Source of the DNA: Eledone cirrhosa
Taxonomy: Eukaryota
Assembly (NCBI GenBank): GCA_964016885.1
Contig: OZ024743.1
Coordinates: 114,576,001-114,640,000 of the forward strand
Direction: 5' to 3'
DNA: 64,000 bases
In this document: in pieces, positions 53,532 to 64,000 of the stretch
How the letters are laid out: each line of letters opens with the position of its first letter
Position numbering within the stretch: the stretch's first letter is position 1
Notes under the pieces: model-generated
Seen by the model: the letters and a program-made list of their open reading frames with translations, nothing else
Told to the model about the DNA's origin: nothing
Database searches by the model: none
Program-made: the position numbers and the translations under genes

Positions 53532-55748
53532 ATGGAATTCTTTAAGATTACTTCCTCTCTAAAAGACATACCTCTACCTAGAAACAAAGACTTTGTAAAA
53601 CAACTAATAGATAAATCTGACTCTTTTATAAGGAGAATCAGGTGGCGTGCATTCCACTTTGATAAATCTAATGCAGACGAAAATATCTCGGACTTAAACA
53701 AAGTTTTCAAATCTAAAAGAAATCCACCCCCTAACAAACTTTTATCTGACTTTGAAAACGATATAATTTCTATCATACAAGGGGTCAAATTCAAGAGAAA
53801 CTTTAAAGGCCAGGAATATCTGAAAGGCATTAAGGATAACATTGAGAGCTTAGAGAAAACTGAGAAGATCTTGGTGAAATCTGACAAGACCAACAACCTC
53901 TATGGAGTGCGGAAAGACATGTATAATGGCCTCATACTGAAAGAGCTGAGGAAAAACTTCAAGGTAGCAGATAAGGCCGAACTTGAGAAAATGAATGTTG
54001 AAGCATCTTGTATAATGCATGAGTTGGAAATTGAGAACAGAACACAACCTTTCGTGCCCAGGAAACCGAAGATCAATATGAAGGACCACAAGAGGAATTT
54101 TGAAAATGACCTGCCAGTTAGATTGATCGCACCTTCAAAATCGGACCTGGGCAAATTAAGCAAAAACATTCTTGACAGGGTGATACTGCAAATTAAGAAC
54201 TTGGATTGTGTATCTAACCTGAGCTTGTGGAAGGGAACTGGAGAGGTTGTTGAGTGGTTTAGGCAAATTAAATATGACAATAATAATAGGTTTATTCAAC
54301 TTGATATAGCTAACTATTATTCTTCTATTACCCCTAGTCTACTAAATAAGGCACTAAATTACGCATTCAAACATACGGACCTAACTAGCAAAGAAATGCA
54401 TATTATATTATCGGCTAGGAAAACTTTGATAGAATTTAATGACAAATTATGGACCAGAGCAGATAGAGATAGCAATTTTGACATAACTATGGGATCTTCC
54501 GACTCAGCTCAGGTAACTGACCTTGTGGGCTTATTTTTAATCAATTCGCTACATAGGAAAATACCTGGTACTACCGGAGGTTTATATAGGGATGACATGC
54601 TTTTACTTATTAATAATAATAACCCTGAACTAAATAGAAAATGTAAACAAATTACAAAATTTTTTAATTACTTTAACCTTAAAATAGAAATTGAGAACAA
54701 CCATAGAATAGTCAATTTCCTAGAGATAACATTAAATCTCAACACATGTCTCCACTATCCTTTTCACAAGTTGAATGAAAACTTAAACTATGTCAACTTT
54801 AACTCTAACCACCCCAGATCTGTCAAAAACACTATAGTAAACTCAGTCCAAAAACGTATCTCTAGGATCTCGTCGAATAGAAAGATTTTTGACGAAAAGG
54901 CCCAATACTATAATGATGCACTAGCTAGGGCAGGGTATGCTGATAAGATTGTGTACATAGATAATGATAGACAAACTAAACAAAGTAACAACTTTTTTAA
55001 TTACGGCAACAACATTAACAACTATAATAGAAAGCATTACAATAATTCCAAAGGACAAAAAAGAAATAGAACTAGGAACATAATTTGGTTTGCCCCCCCC
55101 CCTTTCTCACTAAACATTAAAACCCACATCGCTAAATTATTTTTCAAAGCTCTTGATAATCGCTTCCCTAGAACACATAGGTATCACTCAATCTTCAATA
55201 GGCATACAATTAAATTAACCTACTCATCCACCAAAAATTTAGCACAAAATATTAATAGAATAAATAATAGGAACTTAAAACCTACTGATAATAGCATAAA
55301 TAATATACAAGTTAACAAATGTAACTGTAGAGATAGATCTAAATGTCCGTTAAATAACAACTGCTTAGTTAAAAATATAGTATACAATTGTAATGTTAAT
55401 ACTGACTCTAATTCTTTTAACTACGTCGGTTCCACATCGACGGAATTTAAACTTCGCTATAATAACCACAAGAATTCTTTCACAGATCCAAATAAAAAAT
55501 CTTCAACGGCACTATCAGGGGTACTCTGGCAACTTAAGCTAGATAACGTTAGATATTCGACGGCTTGGAATATAGTCTCAAGAGGGATTCCTTTTAATTC
55601 ATCCTCTGAGACATGTGACCTCTGCGCAGAGGAGATATTCTTTATACTAAAATCTAAAAATTCCCTTAACCTACGGACAAATTTATTCAGTTGTTGCAAA
55701 CATAGATTAAACTCAACGTTTAAATATAAATTTAAATTTAAAATGTAG
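53532..55748 (+). CDS. PLE polyprotein: reverse transcriptase plus C-terminal GIY-YIG endonuclease (738 aa)
   Basis: KSDKT, PVRLI, IQLDIANYYSSI, TMGS, GLYRDD, NFLEITL, CNC-x5-CPL, IVY...YVGST, FKLRYNNH, CDLC and CKH. No stops. Confidence 0.95.
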   Translation: MEFFKITSSLKDIPLPRNKDFVKQLIDKSDSFIRRIRWRAFHFDKSNADENISDLNKVFKSKRNPPPNKLLSDFENDIISIIQGVKFKRNFKGQEYLKGIKDNIESLEKTEKILVKSDKTNNLYGVRKDMYNGLILKELRKNFKVADKAELEKMNVEASCIMHELEIENRTQPFVPRKPKINMKDHKRNFENDLPVRLIAPSKSDLGKLSKNILDRVILQIKNLDCVSNLSLWKGTGEVVEWFRQIKYDNNNRFIQLDIANYYSSITPSLLNKALNYAFKHTDLTSKEMHIILSARKTLIEFNDKLWTRADRDSNFDITMGSSDSAQVTDLVGLFLINSLHRKIPGTTGGLYRDDMLLLINNNNPELNRKCKQITKFFNYFNLKIEIENNHRIVNFLEITLNLNTCLHYPFHKLNENLNYVNFNSNHPRSVKNTIVNSVQKRISRISSNRKIFDEKAQYYNDALARAGYADKIVYIDNDRQTKQSNNFFNYGNNINNYNRKHYNNSKGQKRNRTRNIIWFAPPPFSLNIKTHIAKLFFKALDNRFPRTHRYHSIFNRHTIKLTYSSTKNLAQNINRINNRNLKPTDNSINNIQVNKCNCRDRSKCPLNNNCLVKNIVYNCNVNTDSNSFNYVGSTSTEFKLRYNNHKNSFTDPNKKSSTALSGVLWQLKLDNVRYSTAWNIVSRGIPFNSSSETCDLCAEEIFFILKSKNSLNLRTNLFSCCKHRLNSTFKYKFKFKM

Positions 55749-57381
55749 TATATTTAGTTTGATTTATATTTATATGAGAACTAGCCGATAAATCTTTTGA
55801 TTCCTAAATCTTTGATTCCCTCTTTTTACTCTTTTTATTGTTTATTTTATTTTATTTATTTTTATTTTTATCTAAACATTCCTCATGAAAAATTAAGCTA
55901 CCCTAAAAGCCGATGCTCCAAATTTTTTGAATTAACCTTACACTAAATAAACTTCTATATTAAATATAGGAACATATGTAGACATTATTGGACATCATAA
56001 TCTTTTTGCGATATTCTTTGCTAGATGTGATTTGATAGATAATTTTTGGCTTTGTCTTGTAATGAACTTGGCAATATATTGTCAATTAACTTTGAAGGGT
56101 TGTTCTTTGTGGTTTATTTTTATTTTCATTTTTATTTTTATTTTTATTTTTATTTTTATTTTTATTTTTATTTTTATTTTTATTTTTATTTTTATTCTTT
56201 TAGTATTGTAGTATTCTATAATATTTTTATTTTTTATTTTATTTTTAATTATTTTTAATATTTTTATATGTAAATTTTTAATACGTAATATTTTTTAATA
56301 CGTAGTATTTTTAATATGCAATATTTTTATTATGTAATATTCTTTCGTAATATTTTTTTAGTTTTCTATTCTATATTTTTATATATTTTTACTTATTATT
56401 ATTATTATTGTTATCTTTGTTTATAATATAATATATATTTTCGATTAGTATATTGAAATCTGCTCTCTATTTCTGCTTGATAGATAATCTTGTAGAGTAA
56501 TCGCAAGAATTATAATACGCTCAAATTTTTATACCACATTGAGAATGTTTTCCGGTATCGTAGAATTTGCAGAGTGAATCAGTTGGATTCACATTGATGT
56601 TTGTAGCTGTCACATAAACATATGAATTTTTTAAAACTAAACATAAGATAATGAATTTTCACACATTGTGAATACTTGTTTCATTCAGGAATACTGATAT
56701 TTACAATATAGTGTAAGTTTTATAAATACTAATACATTAAAACATAGGGTTTTCTACGCCTCGAATATGTCTGGCTATTTTTAAATTTTTTTTTTCTCTC
56801 TCTATATCTCTCTATATCTCTCTATATATCTCCCTTACATTAATACTTGAGCTAAATAAATAAATAAATAAATAAATGAATAAATAAATAAATGTATCAT
56901 TGATACACTTACTCAAAATGACCTCCCACTACCTAATTTTCTATATATATATATGTATCTATCTCTATTTCCTCTCTCTATATATATATATATCTCTTTC
57001 TGTCTCTTTACATGAAGCTCTTCGCTTTATCTATTTTTCCATCTCTCTATTTTGTCCCATGCATTTCTTCTTTTTCTTTTTCTTCTTTTTCTTCCTTTTC
57101 TTCGTTTTGTCTTTCTTTCTTTCTTTTTTTTTCCCTCTTTTCTTTCTCTCTTTCTTTCTCTCTGTATTTTCACTGCTAGCGTAAACCTCTTCAAATGAAG
57201 TTGATGTTTATTACGGTATGTCGAATATATTTATCTATAAAACTGTTTATATTGTATTTTGTCTGATGAAGGCATAGCATATTGTTAATATGATATCCCC
57301 GAAATATATATAATGAAATAAATATGGTTTTATAAATATAGTTTTCCATTTATTTAATATTGTATATATATATATATATAT

Positions 57382-58615
57382 AATTGAAAAAGTGAAGAAT
57401 AACATGGTCAACAGTACAGAAAAGTGGTAATTTATTTACAGTCCAACAATTGTTTCTCTGAATAAGTTGTCTAAAAATTGCTGAAGACTAGAAGCAGTGC
57501 CACTCCATTTTAAATACGATGCTAGCTCAATCAGATCATCGGAGACTATCCTAGTATATATATATATATATATATATACGGGATAACAGGTTATCGTTAT
57601 AGGCAGTCCACTTAGATGTAGTCCAGTTGGAGTAGTTCGTGTAGTGTATAGTATTAACGTGTGGCTTAGTTTGACCCAACAAGACGTTTCCATAGTGATG
57701 CTGTTAGTTCGCGGTGATTTCTATGTAGTTTATACTAAGAGTAATAATAATTCAAGAAAGAAGAGTCACATGGTTCTCTATACAATAAGGACTTTATTCA
57801 CATTGCTGACAATTGTTTCTTTGATCTGGTAGGTCTAGATTTCACTATTCGCCTGATTATGCGCCAATCGATCTCCAATACCTTGTTTATAACCAGTCGT
57901 TTTCATCAGAGCAGGCGAAATGAAGAAGATACATCAGGCATGGTTTTTATATAGGTTTGGTATTAAACCAGAACAATAATATCAATGAACTAACAATCCC
58001 TACCTTTAGTATAGGCCACTTAAATAACGAATCTACAACTCCATTTAACACCACATAAAAACTATCATCATCATTAAATTAATCAAACGGAAATGTTTAT
58101 CTGTCGAATAATAAGCAAATCTCCGCTTTATTGCCAGAATACCTACAACATAGTGGATACCTCATAAATTCTGTCTCCAAGTACATTGTAGTGGTTATTG
58201 TTATCTAGTCGCCACCCCATCACTATATCTAATGTACCCTATAGCAGTTTTCACACGTCAACACCATACATCAATATCATATCAGTTTGTTTAACATGCT
58301 AGATTCTTCATTATACTCTATCTCTTACTTATATTGAGGTTATTATTTTAACTGTTTGCTATCTAGTTATTTTATTTTATCATTGATATTATTGTTCTGG
58401 TTTAATACCACACCTATATAAAAACCATGCCTTATATATCTTCTTCATTTCGCCTGCTCTGATGAAAACGACTGGTTATAAACAAGGTATTGGAGATCGA
58501 TTGGCGTATAATCAGGCGAATAGCGAACTCTAGACCTACCAGATCTAAGAAACAATTGTCAGCAATGTGAATAAAGCCCTTATTGTATAGCGAACCATGT
58601 CACTCTTCTTTCTTG

Positions 58616-58665
<50 letters not shown>

Positions 58666-59004
58666 ACCATCATAGTCTCTGATGATCTGATTCAGCTAGC
58701 ATCGTATTTAAAATGGAGTGGCACTGCTTCTAGTGTTCAGCAATTTTTAGACAACTTAATCAGAGAAATAATTGTTAGACTGTAAATAAATTACTCCTTT
58801 TTGTACTGTTGACCATGTTATTCTTCACTTTTTCAATTTTATTACTCCAAGATAAACTTACATAGGAATATAAGTTGAATCATAAACTCGCCATCTACGT
58901 AAACCTCTTGGTGAGTCAAACAACGCCGTACGCTAAAACTATCCATAATAAGAAGTATTCACAACCTCTAACTGGATTACCTATAACGATATTTTGTTAT
59001 CCCT

Positions 59005-59008
<4 letters not shown>
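57382..59008. mobile_element. Nested fold-back elements: family A arms (57382-57554, 58664-59008) around family B (57579-58620)
   Basis: HHR A at 58673-58782 and HHR B at 58455-58564, with mirrors on the minus strand. A decayed A relative is at 6886-7050. Confidence 0.85.
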
Positions 59009-59097
<89 letters not shown>

Positions 59098-59099
<2 letters not shown>

Positions 59100-59785
59100 A
59101 AAGAAACCTCGGCAATCTTAGAATCAAGGAAGCACTCATTATAGATAGAACACATCCACCAATCAATAATGGTCTAGAGCTCAACACCCAATTTATAACC
59201 TGATAGGGCCTCTAGCCCCACTTTACACACCCCACACACACGCACGCGCACACCTCCACTTATTCTCTCTCACACATACACACACAAAACCAGTTCTAAC
59301 ACCAGTTAATACCTACCCCCCACTTTTACGATTAGACCTATCTTCCCACACTCACACACACACACCCACATCCCTACACCTTCATGCTTTCTCCCACACA
59401 CATATACAGGCACGCATATAAAATTAAAAAAAACACAACAAAATCATAAACAAACCCCTCTTAAAGGGAGACTACTCTTTACCCACCTAATTTTAATTCT
59501 TTGATATTAAAGTTAGAACTCTATACTATTTCCGGTCAGCATGGCTTCATTGGAAATTTAAGACGCTGGTCTGAGACTTTTACTTCCCTCCGAAGAAGAG
59601 ATATTATCTCAAAAATTAAGGACATTTAAATAAATTCAAGGTGAAAGACGAATTCTCATCAATATCTCTCACTATTGCATTCTTTTTTCTATGTCCATAT
59701 CTGCATTGTCCTGGCCTTATTACACATATTCTAACGTTTATACCTCATTACACAATGCTTCAAGTGAACTATAACCTCCTCCTTA
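59098..59785 (+). mobile_element. PLE 3' fragment (EN C-terminus and UTR)
   Basis: ERNLGNLRIKEALIIDRTHPPINNGLEL, with a decayed HHR core near 59590-59625. Confidence 0.6.
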
Positions 59786-60078
59786 TATATATATATATTT
59801 AATATATATAATATATATAATATATATATATTGAATATATATATAATATTTATATTAAATATATATAATATATATATATCGAATATATAATATATATACA
59901 TATATATATAAATATATAAATATATATATATATATATATATGAATAAAATTATTCTTTCATCAGTCATCTTCCAACCTTCATTGGTATTTCATCGCTTTA
60001 AATATATATACATATATATATTGAATAGATATATATTTAATATATATACATATATATATTGAATAGATATATATTTAA

Positions 60079-60162
<84 letters not shown>

Positions 60163-60233
60163 TATATTTAATATATATACATATTTAATATATATATATA
60201 TATATACATATATATATTTAATATATATACATA

Positions 60234-60276
<43 letters not shown>

Positions 60277-60649
60277 TATATATTGAATATATATATATAT
60301 ATATATAATATAAAAGGAAAAATCAGTGATGCATCTGAACTCAATTTCTTGTGTGTTACAATTATTTCGCAGCAGACAGCTCGAGACACGATCATTGTGT
60401 AGATCTGTCTGATTCTGGATCTGCAGGTTCGTCGGACCCTTCTAATAATTTCTGATCAAATTTTCTCAGTTGGGTGTTAGCATAAAAAAGCATCCTCTTC
60501 GCTCGTTCTGCTATTGGCTGTTGTTTTTCTACGTCCTCATAAATTTTGAGCAACAGGTATTTTCACACTGACCATCAGCTGTCCTTCTTCCTGCCACACT
60601 TCAATGAATCCCCGCTGGGTTTGGTAGTTAACACGTCCACGCGCGCACT

Positions 60650-60704
<55 letters not shown>

Positions 60705-60914
60705 TCACACACACATACACGCACGCGCACACTGGCGCACACAGAAACACGTACAGACATATACATAGACACGCACACGCACATACACACACGTGTCCGT
60801 ATATACAGGCACAAAAACAGACTCGCTCGCAAACACATATATATATGTATATATATATATACATATATATACATATATACACACACAAAGAAGCCCTTAC
60901 CTACAGTGGGTGCA

Positions 60915-60965
<51 letters not shown>

Positions 60966-61264
60966 ACTCATATACACTCTTACAAATATTCGCCTATTAC
61001 CTACAGGCGCACTCACGTCTACAAAGATACATACACACATACATATATCTGTCTATACACAAATATGATATACACACCACATAGCTTTAAAGAGACTAAC
61101 AGTAGAGTCGTCAATACAGAACGGAATAGCTTAGTAAGTGAAAGGCATAACCATGGCGCCCACAGCAGACATACAGATAGAAGCAACACAGGGGACGTAA
61201 TAATGGGCGGGCAAAACCAGAGACGGACATCAGACCCAAGACATACTCACACTACTACACACAC

Positions 61265-62160
61265 ACGAAAGAACAAGACTAGATCTAAGGCCGTTACATG
61301 GTTTAACGCGCCGTATTCTAAGCATGTATGCAGCAATGTGCCAGGGCTTTTTTCCCAAGCGTTAGACGAATGCTTCCCGCCGCCGAACAAATTTCCACAA
61401 GATTTTCAACCGCCACACGGTGAAGTTTTCCTTCTCCACAGCACCTAACATGGCTGACTACATGGCCAAAAACAACGCGGTAAAGATGGAGAACCTCGAC
61501 CGTCAACCGCGGCGGCAGAATGACCGTCCATCGAGCCCGGAGGCCCTCTCGAGAACGGGTCTTCCAACAACATCAAGGGTCAGGCGTCCGAAATGAACAA
61601 AATACCGACAGAACATGTAACTGAAGAGCGGGCACCCAGTACCCCTTGCAGGGAAGATGCCTGACGAAGGGCCTCGTATATAAATGTGTGGTTAGCACGC
61701 AGAATATAAAGCGCACCTACATCGGCGCAATATCCTTGACCTTTAAATCGCGGATGTATAACCACACGAACTCTTTCAAGGACCGCAGTAAGAGGCACTC
61801 TACTAGGCTAGCGGACCTCGTGTGGGACTTGAAAGACCGTACACACTTGACTGGAGTATCGTTCGGGGTGCGAATGCATACTCGGCTGGAAGTAGAAAGT
61901 GTAGCCTATGCTTATACGAGGCCATGGAAATAGTCAGACTGAAGGATGATGCGGTCAACCTGAAATCGGAAATTATCATGACGTGCAGACACCAGAGAAG
62001 GTGAACACTCTCCGCATGGAATCCACCGGCAAGCGCAGGCTAAAGGCATGCGCGGGAGCGCACGCCGACCAGAGTGGCGAAACGGGTTCGAGGGATCAGA
62101 CACAATACCCTGATGACAGTATATGCCCCGTGGGGTAAACCAAAATAACTCAAGATACAT
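61265..62160 (+). pseudogene. Frameshifted PLE linker and GIY-YIG fragment
   Basis: TWFNAPYSK, KIFNRHTVK, GRCLTKGLVYKC..TYIG..TFKSRMYNH, CSLC and CRH. Confidence 0.85.
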
Positions 62161-62417
62161 ACCCGACTTTACACGTCACCTTAGGCAAGAACATCGCCTG
62201 AGCCGGGACAGGTTGACCCGGATTCCACTGACTTTCAGTCAAATACCTATAGGACAACATATCTCAACCACAGTGACATAGTCCAATATGGCTGGTCCAC
62301 GCAGCCCCATGCATGTGTACCTTTTCAATCGAGAATCCATACTCTCCACGTATTCCATTTTCGAACACATATTATTTGTTCCGTATAGTGTACATAGGTG
62401 AGACAGCTCGTAGTGTA

Positions 62418-63103
62418 GGGGAACGGATAAATGAACACTGGCGAGACCTTCAAGATAGTAAAGAATCATCTGTACCAACATGCTAAAATAGAACATAAGG
62501 GTAAATTAGAGAACATAGAAATAAAAATAGAATCTACACACAGAAAAGACGCAATGTTTAGACAAATCACAGAGGCAATAAACATAAATGAACTCCAACC
62601 AAAATTAAATAGAAAATATGAGTGGAACAGCAACATCACAACTTACAATTAAGGACAAAATGAAAACACACACATACATAGAACAAACAACCAACCGGTA
62701 ACTTGTAAATAAACAAATAAATAAACAAATTTTAACACACACAGACACCCGGATGTGGCGCATGCGCAGACTGAGCACACAACACACACAGAGAAACAAA
62801 ATGGCGTAGGACAGAACAAAGGAGAGGCACAAAAACAAAGAAAAGAATCCCCAGTCACTGAAGAGGTCACATAATGTGTGACGAAAGAACTTTGACAATA
62901 TATAAACAACTATCTGGTTGTGGAACCAACCAACCAGAAATTTATAGATTCCTAAATTTATAAATTTATTATAATAAATTGAAGTGAAAGCAACTGGTGC
63001 GTGTGTTTCTTATAGGCAACATGACCCTCCTAAAGTATAACAATATCGGTTTCAACACACGATTTCAGATAAAGAATCTTGCTAAACAAATTCAGAAACG
63101 AAA
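62418..63103 (+). mobile_element. PLE 3' end (EN C-terminus and pLTR with hammerhead)
   Basis: HLYQHAKIEH...RQITEAININELQPKLNRKYEW, HHR at 62854-62896, same terminus as at 19508 and 50021. Confidence 0.9.
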
Positions 63104-63167
63104 TATATATATACATATATATATATATAAAGTATATATATATATAATGTATATATATATATATGTA

Positions 63168-63284
<117 letters not shown>

Positions 63285-63285
63285 G

Positions 63286-63428
<143 letters not shown>

Positions 63429-63464
63429 TATATAAAGTATATATATATATATATATATATAAAG

Positions 63465-63496
<32 letters not shown>

Positions 63497-63565
63497 ATAT
63501 ATATATATATATATAAAGTATATATATATATATATATATATGAAGTATATATATCTATATATAAA

Positions 63566-63604
<39 letters not shown>

Positions 63605-63613
63605 ATATATATA

Positions 63614-63705
<92 letters not shown>

Positions 63706-64000
63706 GAGTATGAACACGAAAGCGGTAGACTGAGTGGGAGAAGAAGTGTTGGACATAGAAAATAGAAATGTTATTATTTTATTCCTTGCGGCTAAAGCGG
63801 TATGTGCAAAATAAAAAAAAGGGGGTGAGAGGTACTTATATGCAATATAGTAAGAACATCCACTCTCTAGGTTGTAACACAGTCAGTTCACACTCTACTG
63901 TCTTAAGGAATAAAGGAAATATTGGCAGCTTGTGTATATATGTGTCCTTGTATCTTTGTATACATACACACACACACACATACACATACACATACACACA

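Larger units (their letters stand above)
52231..57364 (+). mobile_element. Full-length Penelope-like retroelement inserted in (TA)n
   Basis: Inverted 5' arm 52231-52634, direct pLTRs 52646-53396 and 56612-57364, 87 nt tail 53397-53483, intact ORF. Confidence 0.95.

Noticed and set aside
60352-60440. Minus-strand CCGACGA...GAAAtaattgTA motif
   Set aside because: Core and stem I are degenerate. At best a dead copy, so not called.
60546-61448. 300 aa ORF as a host gene
   Set aside because: It is CA/TA repeats read in frame into a PLE fragment.

Overview
AT-rich, repeat-dominated eukaryotic DNA with no confidently identifiable host gene. The SINE types and long (TA)n, (CA)n and (TATG)n tracts suggest an octopus or other cephalopod genome (inference). 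Nearly all ORF-track entries are microsatellite artefacts. The real content is transposable elements. There is one intact Penelope-like element (PLE; RT plus C-terminal GIY-YIG, 738 aa, 53532-55748) with pseudo-LTRs and an inverted 5' arm, plus six further PLE fragments. Other elements are RTE, Tx1/L1-like and R4/Dong-like LINE remnants, a Helitron, tRNA-derived SINEs and several MITEs. The main signal is that the (TA)n tracts hold more than a dozen different short, asymmetric fold-back insertions. Most carry a minimal type I hammerhead ribozyme (stem I-CUGANGA-stem II-GAAA-short, often palindromic, loop-UH-stem I). In multi-copy families they end at two fixed termini, and several share an ATTGAG(T)-like motif about 50-75 nt from the long terminus. 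One insertion with this architecture carries a tRNA-like module instead of a ribozyme. Alignments and folds were done by eye and coordinates may be off by a few nt.
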